A program made the translations under genes and the position numbers. A stretch of 64,000 nt of DNA from Amoebophrya sp. A120 (taxonomy: Eukaryota; Protista; Dinoflagellata). The DNA is taken from positions 4,579,795-4,643,794 of the forward strand of contig CAJINV010000006.1 in NCBI GenBank assembly GCA_905178155.1. Direction: 5' to 3'. The notes below the pieces were generated by a model. The model was not told where the DNA came from, ran no database searches, and saw nothing but the letters and a program-made list of their open reading frames with translations. Below, piece after piece: positions 12,501 through 25,149 of this stretch (its first letter is position 1; every line of letters begins with the position of its first letter).

Positions 12501-15500
12501 TGGGGACGATTGATAGGAGGTATCGGATCGATGAGAACTACGATTCCAGGAACCATCTTATGCAGGAAGATTTCGCAAGCCAAACTCCTGGCGGAACGAC
12601 TGCGACATCCAGTTCTGCGCAGGCCGGCCATGCAGCTCTGGTTGGTGCGCCGATAGGGATGATCAAACTTCCCTCTTCTTCTAAAAACGCGATGCAACAG
12701 TTCCAATTGCCGCAGTATGAACAACCGTCGCGACAAGTAGCCGACTTTCAACCGGAGATCATCGACATTGATTTAATTTTGAAGATGTTTCCACCGGTGA
12801 AGCTGCAGAACAGGGCACCGCCGCTGGGGGAGACCCTGGCCTTTGGCACGGGGGAAGGACACGGGCAGAATCAAGTATCAACTGCAGGCGGAGGTGCGAA
12901 TTTTAAAGCAGGCAAAGGGGGCTCATCTTCTTCCACTCTAGCGAAGAAGCTGCAGATCCCGCGCGGTGCGATCCAAGCGGACGAGAACCTGCTAAGGAAA
13001 TACGGGGTCGAGAAGGAGGATTTGGTTTTCTGGAATCGCGCCGGGTTGTCCACTTCGAAGGAACGGTATCTGAACGTCAAGCCAGTCGTTCCGGGAGTTG
13101 GTGCCGTCGGCTCCGCGGCCTTAACAACAGAAGTTATCCCTTCTAACGTCGAACAACTGTTGCCCCCATCCGGGATTCAAATGAGGACGACCCAGCCACC
13201 GCCAGTTTTTCCGCATCAGTTCCAGGCGAACAACAAGTCTGACCGGGAGCAAATTGTGAGCACTATCATGCAGAACAACCGGCAGAAAAGAACTCCGTCT
13301 TCGAAAAGAACAACCTTTTCCGAGGCACCCACCAGTCGGAAAACCAGCTATTTGTCAACCGTTGTGCAGCAGCAACCTGGAGGCATGATGGGGACTCTGC
13401 ATGACAAAGACAACTCAACTACATCTCGTTTCGACGTCCGGGACGTTTCGTTTAAACGGTATCAATATCAAATGCAAATATTTCTGGGTCTGGAAACTTG
13501 TGATGCTGTTTGGCGAATCATGTGGACGCCTTCATTGACAGCCAAGCATGACAAGTTTTGGAGTTGCGATAGGCTTGCCTATCTGCATGACAAACTGCGT
13601 TTCTGCATGACAGAGAAAAAATGTTGCTTTTGGGTGGCGTGCATGACAGACTTGAAAGTCATGCCAGCCGTGCATGACAAACTTGCATTATTCCAGACCC
13701 AGACATATTTGCATTGGATAACCAAAAGGCCTTTAACCCCCAAGCGTTTTTTGAGAATCCGAACGAAGACGCAATTTTCTTCAAGAGGGGGTCGAAATTG
13801 GAAGAAGCGGAGAAAAAACTGGAGCAGCAAATGCGGAGCCCGAGAAGTGGTCGGTATGTGGTCAAGGTGTTTGAGAATCAGTTGGGGGACCCAATTATGC
13901 AATGCAAAAGCATCGTGCTAGTATAAACTGCATCACAAATTTCGGCAAGAGCAGAAGTGGCATTTGTAATGCTGTTTTAGGTTTAGCAAGGGATTTGTCA
14001 TGCATGAATGCAATTTATACGAGTACGATACTTTTGCAATGCATACCAATTATGTCTTCAGTTCCGAATACGGCGCGAGAGATGGTCAGGGCGACTCTAT
14101 CGCAGGAAAAAAGTGTTAGAGTTACACATTGTGTTGCACGCCAAGCAAGACAGACAAGCTCTGTCATGCCGGATATGCATAGCAGCCTCGTTTCATAGGT
14201 GTTTTCCCGTAGGATTTCTGCATTGCAAGTTTTCTTTCTCATGCAGAGCAATTTGTGTTGCTGCATTGAAACACAAATGTGTAACTGTAACACTTTTTTC
14301 TTACGATAGACTCCAAGGGAGGACGACTACTACAGTGGGGGAGAGGAAAATCAAAATGAAAATCCCGCTGATCATGCAGAAGAAGAACTGCAGCAGATGT
14401 CCGTCACAGTAACTAAGAATACATCGAAGAAAGACAAAAAATCTGTACCAAAGAAAGCAAAAAAGCAGAAAAAAGAACGGCCTTCCGAACTGGCGAAACA
14501 GGCGGAGCAGCACCACCATTTATTAGAGCCCAGCAGCATCACCGCGGCGGAAACGAGAATGAAGCTGCAGGCGAAGTTGAGGCAAACAAGCGAAGAGTAT
14601 TTCGACAAGTGGGGCTTAAAATTTGACACGGAACATGAGGAAAAGTTACCGGAAATTGTGGTCGAATATGAGGAACAGCTATCCACAGTAAATTTCATCC
14701 CGTACTTACACGTACTTACAAATGGATGCGGTCTCTGCATGACAAAATTTGGCTCCGAAGATCCTAGTTCAGCATGACAAGAAAATTGGTAAAATCTGTG
14801 ATGCATTTTGTGCATGTACGGGAATAAATTTGTATTGCATAACAGCATGAGGAAGAGTTCAAGGACCACCAGCAAAACCGGGATAAGAACCGCCAGGCGA
14901 CGAATGTCCGGGCGCTACTTGCTGCGGCGAAAAAGGAATACGGCGATAAGTTTCACGGGGAGAAAAAGCACGAAATTTTTCCGGCGTTTGTACCTGCGTA
15001 CGAGGAAGATCAGTCATCCAACAGCACGTCGAGGGAAGAATCAGGAGAAAATAGGACTTCGTCAAAGTCCACCCTTTTGGAGAAGAAAAAAAAAGACGAG
15101 GCGGTGATGCAGAAGACTTCTATCGAGGCAAATTTTATCCGGTCGAAGCTGAAAGAGAAGTTTCGGAATGCGGAGAAATACTTGGCGGCGACTAGTAGTA
15201 GTGCGGTTTCAAGTAGTAGCAGTTCAAGTTCGTCTGAGGAGGCTGAGGAACAAGCACAGCAAGGTGCTTCTGCACAACAAGCTCCGCCTGTAGTTGTAGC
15301 TTCGGCACAACGACCTCCGCCTGCGGAGTCAGCGCCAGCCGTGCCTTCTTTGCCCGAGCGGCTGGTCATCACAGCGGGGGGTAATACTAGTGCACCACCT
15401 CCACCGCCGATTTTTACCTCGGAAGCATCAAAAGGCGGTAAAGGTGGAAAGTCAACAAATACCATGTCAACTACTACGACAAGCGGTTCGGGTAAAAATT

Positions 15501-15829
15501 CCACCATTCCGGCCGCAATCCTCGGCATGTCTTCTGGTTCCCCCCGCGCGCCGCCCCCACCCGCGCAGGCCTTCTTCCAAGCACCCGCAGCGCCGTTTAC
15601 GTTAGGAAACGTTCCCTCCGGCGGCGCGTTTTCCTACGCGGGACTGTCGAGCATCCCCTCCGCGCCAATGTCTGCGCCGTCCGGGGGACCACCAAGCGCA
15701 CCACTATCCGCACCGTTATCCGGACCGCCCTCCGGGCCGGGATCGGGGCCGCCGAGCAGTGCGCCGGAAGGAGATCATTATACTGGAGCGGGAAGCGACA
15801 GGGGTGGCGGGAGGATATTTCAAGTTTGA
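9558..15829 (+). CDS. Gene 2: ~1,659-aa low-complexity hypothetical protein. Exons 9558-11202, 11473-11516, 11741-13465, 13726-13895, 14051-14097, 14314-14679, 14847-15829
   Basis: Removing six introners gives one continuous frame (4980 nt). Confidence 0.78.
11203..11467. mobile_element. Introner family A
   Basis: TSD GGGAG/GGGAG; closely similar to 52446-52707. Confidence 0.92.
11517..11735. mobile_element. Introner, singleton (TIR TATGAGAGTG..AACTCCCCCT)
   Basis: Clear TIR; degenerate TSD TTCTA/CTTTG; removing element plus 5 bp restores frame. Confidence 0.78.
13466..13720. mobile_element. Introner family A, reverse orientation
   Basis: TSD ATCAA/ACCAA; frame restored. Confidence 0.88.
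13896..14045. mobile_element. Introner family B
   Basis: TSD CCAAT/CCAAT. Confidence 0.9.
14098..14308. mobile_element. Introner family E
   Basis: TSD GACTC/GACTC. Confidence 0.9.
14680..14841. mobile_element. Introner family D (TATCCACAGTAAATTTC...)
   Basis: TSD ACAGC/ACAGC. Confidence 0.9.
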
Positions 15830-16449
15830 GTTTTTGGAGTAATCAACACAGTCACGTTTTCTTTTATCATTTAGTACTTACTTACGAGTTCTTTCTGAAG
15901 TTTTACATACATTTTTTTGTTTTCGCAGCTACAGTGTAAGATACAGCTTTTGCGGATGCGGTTATATCAAATAGTTTGTTTACGTACCTTTCAAAACAAA
16001 GCATACCCACCCACCTATAACAAGTACCAGTACAACACAACATGCCTAGCCGATGTACATCAGTGCGATACTGCAGAAGTGCCAGCAGTCTAAGAGCAGA
16101 CGCGAGGAATTTTGCGTAAGACACAGAGCAGAAGCCCTGCTCCCAGTTAGCTGCCGGCTGCTTGTCGAAGATACATAACGCGCGTCTAACCCGAAGTAGA
16201 CTCCTAAAAAGTTGTAGTCGAGGCTCGCCTCTAGTATGACAACAAGTAGATGAAAAGCACGCAAGAGCGGTAGCGCTTGTTCAGATCAAATATTCCGTAC
16301 TTTTTTTCACGTTGATGCAGCGAGGCAGGAAATGAAAACACAAGCAGCTCCAGCTGCAGAATTTAAAAGCAGTTGTAGGGCTGCAGTCGGCCTTGCTACT
16401 GGTGGTGTGGCTTTCTTTACTAGTGCGGCCCGTTTATGTGTTCCGCCCA

Positions 16450-18050
16450 AGATTGATCTAGGGTCGCGAAAGCTGGTTGGTTCGTTCTGCGTCCATTTCC
16501 CATGGTGAAATGATCGCGAGCATTGAAGGCAGGCCGCGGCCGGGCTCGTCGCTACCTCTACAAACGAGAGGCAGGCCCCGGCGCGGGGCTGTTTTCTGCC
16601 GGAGCCGCTTAGACACAGGCACTACCCGGCAGCCGCAGGCGATGCCAGAGTCGAAGGACCCGCGGCGGGAGATTCGCGCCTGCCCATGGACGCGCGACCC
16701 CGTTGCGGCGCAGTTGTGGAGCCGTTTGAGCGTTGCGCCGGGTCGGGCCGCCCGGGCGGAGGCGCATACCGACTTAGCCAGTTGCTTCGGCGCTGCGCGG
16801 CCGCGGTGTTTTTCCCTTCTCTTTGTATTTCGGAGCGCGCCAGATTTGAAAAGCCGAAGCGGGAAAATAAAAGAACGAGCGGCCCCGCGGGGTTTTTGCG
16901 TGCCAGCCTGAGAAGGGTGGCGCGGATCGATGCGACGCCACGGCGGCCTGCTTGGGCTCGCTTTTCCGGAACGCCGTAAGCGCTGCCCGCCGCCGGGGCG
17001 GCCGGCGCTCCGCTCCTTCGTTTGGGGCCGTGGTGTTTTACATTCGTGGGCGCCGAAACTCATCTGCCCGCGCGCGTCAGTTTCACAGGTGCCCGGGCTT
17101 CTTGCACATGTTGAAGCACCGCGCCGGAGCTATTTCCCAGGGCGACTGCCGGAAGTCACCCCGGGGGGGCCGGGGTCGAGGCGGCACACCTTGGCGCCCG
17201 GGCGAGCGGGGGGGGGCCCCGGGTTTTTGGGGCAAGGCGCCAAGAAAGCCCCTAGCGGGGGACAGGGGGCCACGCCAGCAACACCAAGGCGGGAATACAT
17301 CCGGGGACGCGCGCGCCCCGCGCGAAAACGCAAGAAAGCTGCCGGAATTCCGCCGAACCAAGGACAAGCGGGCGCCCCCTTCCCTGTGTTGTTTGATTGT
17401 GTTGCCGCTCGCGCGCAGGGGCGCGCGCCCGGGCGGGCCCTTTCGGAGCGGCCCGGCAGGGTCCGGGGCGCTTGTTCGGCCGGGCGCGGTGCCTGTGTTG
17501 GTTCCCCTCTCTCACTCCCCGTGCCCGGGGCCTGTCTTTGCCGCCCGCCTAGGCGGGGCGGGGCGGCGTGATGGGTGCGCAGCCCTGCCCCGGCGCAGTA
17601 TGCGTGCGCATTTTGGCAGCGGCGGCGCCAGGCAATCTCTGCGCCAGCGCCGGGCCTTCAGGTGCTTGCCCCAATGGGAGCGAAGCCGGCCTGCGCTATT
17701 TGCCTGCGGCCAGTTGAACACATCACAGGCCTGGGTGTTGATCCCGGCGCGGCTTCCCATATTGGTTCGGAGTGTTGTCGCCCGTCCCCCCGAGCCAGCC
17801 CGCCAGGTTGCAATCTACCTCCGCCTGGCGGCCCGTCCCGTGTGCTGCCTGTCGATTGGCCCTGGCCTTACTTTTTTGTTAGCTTCACGCACCCATTCCC
17901 GGGCCAGTGCGGGCGGAGCGTTCGTAAGCATTGTTAGTGGGGTTGCTTCGTCGCGCATTGGGCTATGCTTGAGCGTGGGCTGACAGAGTCGGACTTCACC
18001 CGCCTGACGTTTTTGTGTTCGTGGGAAGCCTTCGTGTCGCCCGTGTTACG
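16450..18050. other. Very GC-rich intergenic block, probably non-coding or TE-derived
   Basis: Sharp compositional shift; overlapping R/G/P/A-rich ORFs in all frames; boundaries approximate. Confidence 0.45.
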
Positions 18051-18370
18051 CCCGGCTTATGTTGAATTAAAGTTAGAGGCGAGGGCTTATGTTGATCTTA
18101 ATTTGCTTTCGTTTTTGCCCATATCTTGTTGCTCACTGTCTGTTTTCTTTTCATGATGAACGCGGGCACCGAGGATGAAGAGGACGCATCTCGTGGCCTG
18201 TGGTGTTGATGACGGTGTTGATGAAGAGAAGTTTGTGAGGGGGCAGACAGCACAGCAGGGTGCTGGAGTTGTTGTATGAGTGCCGCGCGATTCGTTGAAA
18301 CAGGATGAACGTTCTTGCAAACTACAACCAGTAGTAGAAGAACCCAGCAAGCATAGCCAACCTCAAAATC

Positions 18371-21300
18371 ATGCGTCGCGCTCTTTCCTCCGAGCGCCCG
18401 GGTCAGCATCAGCCGGCCAACACAAGCACCAGCTCGCGGGCTGCCGCGGAAACCTCGGCAACCCCCCGAGGTGGAAAGGGGGGCGCAACTACTTCAGCGC
18501 AAATAAATCATGTTTCTGCAGCACCAAGCCACAAGCTGTCCTTCGCTCCGGCCACAGGGTCTGCATCCACACTGAACAAGAAAGCTTTCATGGTACCGAC
18601 TTCATCAACCCCGAGGAAGCCGCTTTTCTCGAGAAAATTTGTCACCTCGACCCGGGTCTCGCCGAACGCGTCGGGAAAAATGGGTTGTTCAACCGCAATA
18701 TCAACTGCAAATATGTCTGGGTCTGGAAGGATGCAAGAAGGTTTGTCATGCACATTTTGCATGACTCCTGATGTCTGTGATGCATGCCCTAGCATCACAG
18801 ATTTTGTGAGGGCGTCCTGATGCCACCTATAAATATCGCATGAGAAATGCCGTCTCGCCCTAACAAAAACTGGACCTCTTTTGCTGTTCATGCAATTATA
18901 CAGATTTTTGTAGAATTCAGACGCAGCATCACAAGTTGCAGTCTTCCAGACCCAGACATATTTGCAATGCATACGCAAGAACTACTACGGCCGGCTCCGG
19001 ACATCAATATCAGCAGGGCTACGTGGTCGGGGCTGCAGGTCAGCCAGATTCTGACGTAAACAGCAGTAAACCCGCTAGCACACTCCTGGATGACGCGGAG
19101 GACTTGTATCCACAGAATTTTTACCGCCACCGCCAAAAGTAGCACTTTTTCATGGGAAAAAAAAACAAAAATTTAAAAAAATTCTCAACTCATTCCATGC
19201 TGATCATGTGGCAAATTATGTATGCTATGAGAGTAGCTAGAGTGATGTCCGAGTGGAGCGCAATAAAAGATATTCAACTAGCTAGACCCATTCATCAGGA
19301 GGCTCGTCAAAAGCCGCAAACTCGGTGGACAGGAGCTGGCTGGCGGTGAAGACGCCAGCCATGAGCTTCAGAAAATGCCACATGGCGGTAAAATTTCTGG
19401 GGCCGTAGCATCGTGTTACTTTTACCGCCACACTCAGTTTTCGACTTTTTCGAGAAAGCTGAGACTTTTCTGAAATGATCTCAGAACTTTTCCAAATCTG
19501 CTTTTTTCCACGAAGTCATGTTTTTTTCTGGCGGTGAAAATAATCACGTTGGTATGGCCTCAAAATTTTTACCGCCATGAGGCAATTTCTAAAAGAAAAT
19601 GACGACTTTTTGACTTTCCAAATCCACCATAGCATCGGTAGAACTTTTACCGCCACGATTTTAATGGAAAATCAATGAAAAAGTGGCGGTAAAGATTCCA
19701 CCGGTTCTATGCTGAGATTTTTGAGTCAAAAACGAGCACTTTCTAGAAGAAAATGCGTCGTGGCGGTAAAAATTTTGAGGCCCTAGCACCGTGATTATTT
19801 TTACCGCCAGAAAAAAGCATTACTCTCCCACATTTTTTGATTTTTTCTGAAATTTTTTGCGATTTGTCCTGTCGCAAAAGATGACAAGCAACAATTTTGT
19901 GCCAGCTGAGCTAGGCCATCAAGTGAAGATGACCAACTCCGAACCCGTAAAACCATCATCCCAGGCCCTTCGCTTTCCTCCCATGTCGCCACGCGGTGGT
20001 CTACAGCGGCGAACAGGTGCTGCGGGACTCGGGCGTCGCCTTCTTCACCCGGATCGCTGTTTGGGCCTAGCTAGTTTGTCCTCATTTACCTAATGCGCTT
20101 CCACTGGACGTCACTAGCTACCTCGAACTACTAGACTACGTCAGACAAATCTTGCTACGTAGCACCTGAAATTTTTTTATTTTTTTTTCAAAAAAAGCGA
20201 TGCTTTTTTGCTATTTTTGGCGGTGGCGGTAAAAATTCTGTGGATAACTTGCTGCACTACCTGGACGCCACCGACCTGAATCCCGCACCAGCCAATGCCG
20301 GCAGTCCGCGGATGGCGGCAACTGGAAGAAACGAATTTGCTTCTTTTACCTCGAATAAATCAGCGGACCAGTCGTCTCCTGCATCTGCACAGATACAGAA
20401 CCACAACCACCTCCAGCTTCTGTACAAGGAAAAACTGACGAAGCGCTTCATCGCGAAGTCGATTCACTTCCGCGAAGAGATGAAAAACGAAATTGAGCTG
20501 TTGAACTTGAAGCTGAAGGCATACCAGCAGTCTGACCACATCGAGGAGCAGATCAAGAAAATGAAGGCGGAAAAGTTGGAATTGGAACAACAGAAATCCC
20601 TGAAGGAGAAACGGTTCGCGGAGGAGGTCAGTCTACCTTTGAAACTCCAGCAGATGACAGAAGAGTCGGTCGTGTTAGAATCCGAGGCAAAAAAGATGCG
20701 GGCGTTGCTGTTGGAGGAAGAAAAATTGTTCAAGAAAGTGAGGAAGGGACTGGAGTTTTTAAACATCGGGGTGGATGGCAGTGGGACGAGTGTTGGCGAT
20801 AAAAATTCGAGTAAGGAGAAAGCTGCGAAGATTAAGGGGACGACGACCGCGAAGGATGGTGTCGTCTCACCCGGAAGCAAAGACAGCTCTACTTCAACTG
20901 TGCAGTTGCATCAAGGTAGTGGTGGTGGTGATTCTAACCACGAGCACAGCTCAACGTTCACATCCTCGCCAGGAGTAGTTTCCGGCTCCTCGAAGACCAA
21001 AACAGGAAAAAGTACAGTGACTAAATCGGAAAACGTTTTACTTCTAAAAACCTTTCGGTTTGTTCAGGACACGAAGTATTGCCTGATCGCAATTTTCTAC
21101 CGGGAAGACCGGGACCATCTGCTTCATCAGCAAAAGGAGCAGCGTAATGTGAATGTCGACGGCACTGCGCTGCCTGTGGCGGTCGCGGTTTCCAACATTG
21201 GCACAACAAACGAAAAGGAAAATCTTGATCTTCACGCAACATCAGAGATGAGTTTTGGGCAGCACCAGCAGCAGCCTCAACAGCAGCTCCACCAGCCGCA

Positions 21301-24300
21301 GTCCTCCAAGCTAAATCAAAACGTCTTCATATCCACAGTAAATTTCCTGTACACGTACAAATTCAAATGCAGTCTCTGCATGACAAAACTTGCCTCAAAT
21401 CCTAGTCCAGCATGACAAGTTGGACTCTGCTTCGAGGTTGCGAAATTTGTGATGCATTTTGTACTACAGGAAATTTATTGCATTGCATACTTCATCCTCG
21501 TTGTTTACGACATTGGGCAGAACAAGGTCCACTGGCGCGAGGCGAGGCCAAGCCGGAAGTATGCATTGCAACAGCATCGCACTAGTAGAAGTCGCATCAC
21601 AAATCCGCTCAGCATGACAAACCATTTGTCATGCTGTTTTACCTTGGGATGGAGATTTGTGTTGCATGACTGCGATTACTATAAGCGCGATACTTTTGCA
21701 CAGGATGAGAAGGAGTTGCTACTCAACTCCAACGGTTTGGAGAATTACTTTTCGAAATTGCTGAAAGTCGTTGGATTCTCCGTTCTAGCGAACAACGTAG
21801 AGCACTTGGTGATTCCGGGGACGTTCCCGATCTGCAGAAAGAACAAAGCGAAGAAGCAGAAGAAAGGACGGGGAGGTGGTGTCGAGAAGCAGAAAACCAA
21901 TAGTGCAACCTATGCATTGCAAGTATGTCTGGGTGTCTGGAAACTTGTGATGCTGGGTGTCGTATCATGAGGAGGCCCCGAGTTGTGCTGACTCAGCATG
22001 AGCATGACAAGTTTCTGAGCTTCTAGCTGTTCTTGCCTATTCTGCATGACAAACTGCGTGTCTGCACGACAGAGAAATGGGGCTCTTGGGTACTAACGTG
22101 CATGACAGATTTAAGAGTCATGCCAGACAAGCATGGCAAACGTGCACTCTTCCAGACCCAGACATGTTTGCATTTGATACAACTTCTTCTCTCGCAAATC
22201 AAACCGGGATTTTGTTCGAGGGTATGAGGGAGTTGAACTCCTCCTCTTCTTCTATCGTGAAAAAACAGGCGAGTATATCACAGGAAACAGTTGTAACGTT
22301 AACAGAATCTGTGATGCAGCAATGCATCACTACCCGTGCTGCCTGAATTTGAATTTGTCATGCATAGCACGCGTATAGGGCTACATTTGTGATGCATGGC
22401 TGCAATCTTTAACGTTAACACTTTTTCTTGTGATAAAGTAAGGGATTGGATCAAGAACTTGGGTACTTCCACCTCTGTGTGTATGAGGACCACCACCAGT
22501 TCACGCACGATGCTGCTGGAGGAAAGGGTGGCGCAACCGGGAAGACAGGTGGTTCGTTAGCTTTTCAGAAGAAGAAAACCACGAGCTCTTCCTCGGACAC
22601 GTCAGATTCGGAGGAAGAATCTGATGGAGCACAACTACCTCTAGGCGATACGAGATCTCCAACAGAACAAGAACTTGTAGAGCAGAACCAGCAAAAATGT
22701 GATGATGACTACACTGTGATTGGGAAAAAAGCGACAACGGCTGCTGGCTTGGACAAAGTGAAAACAAGAACTACAGGTGGTTTTAGTGCCAACAGTAACA
22801 CGTCACCAAAGTGCTACGTCATCCGACTTTTTGACAACAGACGATGCACGTTACACTACGCGAAGTACGTGCACCACAAAAGCAGTAACCTTGGGCATCA
22901 ACAAGGAGGAGGAGGAGCAACTACAGGATCTAGTGTTGTCAGTGGTACAACAACTCCAGGAGCTACTAGTACTTCTATAGCACAAACAGGACAGCATCAA
23001 CTTCTCACCGCTGACCAATATGACTTGGACGCAGAGATTCTCTTGGAGAAAATCATCGCGTCTCTCTACTATACCGGGTCGGAGCTGATCTGCACACAGA
23101 ACAACTACTTCGGAGGGATGAACAGCATGACAAACGACATTGATAATGGGCGGAACACCAGCATCACAAACACATCATCATCGAAGAGCCAGTTGTATCA
23201 TCAAAACAACTACCAGAAGAAGGACAAGCTACAGGATTTGGAAACCATCGAATATCAAATGCAAACCTGTCAGGGTCTGGAAACTTGTGATGCTAGTTCG
23301 TGAATGGTGAGCGTGTAGTTGCAATGCGCAGCCACGCATGACAAGTCTCTGGGCTCCGTTCTTGTGTTTCGCTTTCCGCATGGCAAACTGCGCTTTTGCA
23401 TGATAGGCAAGAGGCTTTTTTCCAGTTCGCGCATTACAGATTCAACTGTTATGTGAGACAAGCATGACAAACCGGCATTCTTCCAGAGAGACCCAGACAG
23501 ATTTGCAACGCATATCGAAATCGACGAAGCAACGGGGTTGTTTGTCGACGGACCGTACGCACTGTGCAAAAGTTGGATCGTACTCGTAGTACTAATCGTA
23601 ATGATCGCAGGATAATGCAATCTTTTTTCTATGGTAAACCAGCATCACGAAATCCATTTTTCAGGCTGAGCAAGAGTTTGTAATGCACTTGTTCCGCGAA
23701 GTTTGTAATGCACGACCACAAGCGCGACGCTTTTGCATTGCATAGACGGAGTCGGTTGGATGGAATGATGGGTGGACTTGGAGAAGATTTTGAAAGCGAA
23801 TCCCTCTTGCAGGATTTACAGCCGGGGGTGCTTTTCGTTGTCCAGTGCAGTCGCCAGATGAAGGCGCACCGGTCTTATTCCAACGGGATAAACAGTGGAA
23901 GCGGCATTCTCAATCATGGAGACGGCCAGCTCGACGACAGCGAAAACTGGTTTGAGAAGTCCACCAGGATTTTTGAAGACGACCTCACCGATATTTTGCA
24001 AATGGCAACGACTGCTGGTACTAGCAAGGAAAGAGTTCTTGGCGTTCATCAAGGGAAAATAAATGCAGATACGGCCGCTTCTAGCAGCACCGCCACTTCT
24101 GGACCTGGAGCTGCGTTAGGTGGAGCAACGATTGGAACAAACAGCAATATCAATACCTCCGATGAAATTCTAGACCAGGCGCAGCATCAGCAGGAGAATA
24201 ACAACGTCCCCTTCGGCGACTACGTTTTGTTGCGAGGAACGTGTTTTCTTCCAGAGGAGCGCGAGAACAGAAATGAAGATGATGCACTGTCCAGCAAAAG

Positions 24301-24529
24301 TCACAAGATTGCAGCACTGAAAAAGATGAAATTCGGTGTGGTTCTGTACGATCCGCTTACGGACGGAAAACAACTGTGCGAGCGCGTGTTTGACCTGCAG
24401 AGCATCTTCACCGAAGGGGGTGGTCGCACACCATTTACAAGGGAAAAAGCGGCTTTGTTCTTAGAGGCGATTTGCTACGGCGGGCCGAAGAATGGGCTGT
24501 TTTTACCGGAAGGAGGCGTGGGGTTGTGA
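18371..24529 (+). CDS. Gene 3: ~1,171-aa hypothetical protein with a coiled-coil segment. Exons 18371-18698, 18979-19106, 20252-21329, 21495-21559, 21713-21910, 22185-22275, 22441-23252, 23520-23555, 23750-24529
   Basis: Removing eight introners gives one continuous frame (3516 nt); start codon uncertain. Confidence 0.78.
18699..18973. mobile_element. Introner family A
   Basis: TSD CGCAA/CGCAA. Confidence 0.92.
19107..20246. mobile_element. Long (1,140-bp) introner / non-autonomous TIR transposon
   Basis: 32-bp TIR TATCCACAGAATTTTTACCGCCACCGCCAAAA; TSD ACTTG/ACTTG; internal TTTTACCGCCA repeats; frame restored (DAEDL|LHYLD). Confidence 0.92.
21330..21489. mobile_element. Introner family D
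   Basis: TSD CTTCA/CTTCA. Confidence 0.9.
21560..21707. mobile_element. Introner family B
   Basis: TSD GGAAG/AGAAG; right end GGATG. Confidence 0.82.
21911..22179. mobile_element. Introner family A, reverse orientation
   Basis: TSD CAACC/CAACT. Confidence 0.88.
22276..22435. mobile_element. Introner family E
   Basis: TSD GAGTA/AAGTA. Confidence 0.86.
23253..23514. mobile_element. Introner family A, reverse orientation
   Basis: TSD TCGAA/TCGAA. Confidence 0.88.
23556..23744. mobile_element. Introner family B (diverged)
   Basis: TSD GACCG/GACGG; frame restored. Confidence 0.8.
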
Positions 24530-25149
24530 AAGAGGATTTGATGATACACAGATGGGAGGTGTAGTTGTTTTGGAATTATAGCACTGGATGGTCATATGTA
24601 TAGCTGTTCGCGAGTCGTCGTCGCGCAGTGTTTTTTTTTTGAATTGACGTACCTCATTTCCGTGTTTGAAGTTGAAAAGATCAATACGCGACCTACGCGA
24701 CCGCAAAACGAAAACTCGCTTCGTATGTAGTGGTTTTCTATGTGCGTCTGAAACTATACCGCTGACCAACGAGTAAAGATGAAAGTAAGAGTAAGTGCTG
24801 AAGAAAGTAGTAGAATATTCAACCAGACTGGTACATGAGTGAGAGCAGAGGTAATTTCAATTTGTCCGCTGAATCGAAAAGATGAAGTGGAACAGCCTCA
24901 ACAACGTTCAAACCGATAAAGCGTGCGAAAGTCTTGCAGCGAACAATTCCAATCTATGCCCTCTTTTAGTTGTTTCCGGATCTTGTAGCAGCTGTAAAAG
25001 CAAACCGTCAGAACAAGTGAACAGGCACGAGGAAGACATGAAGTCAGTGAACAAGTGCAGGATCATGCATTGAGCGACTGCGCGCGATATCAAGGCATTG
25101 GGCCTGCTGGAAGATCCTACAGTCTGTTTATCGTGTTCGTCTCGAAGCC

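Noticed and set aside
13466-13921. Read-through of ORF 11738-13921 as a real C-terminus (similarly 21449-21970 and 34442-35620)
   Set aside because: These ORFs run through introners; recurring peptides such as MSGSGR, PDPDIF and CKSIVLV are TIR translations, not protein motifs.
16458-17983. Multiple long overlapping ORFs (also 24908-26771, 38165-38860, 42910-44485)
   Set aside because: Open in several frames on both strands because of high GC; R/G/P/A-rich with no recognisable domain such as transposase, RT or tyrosine recombinase.
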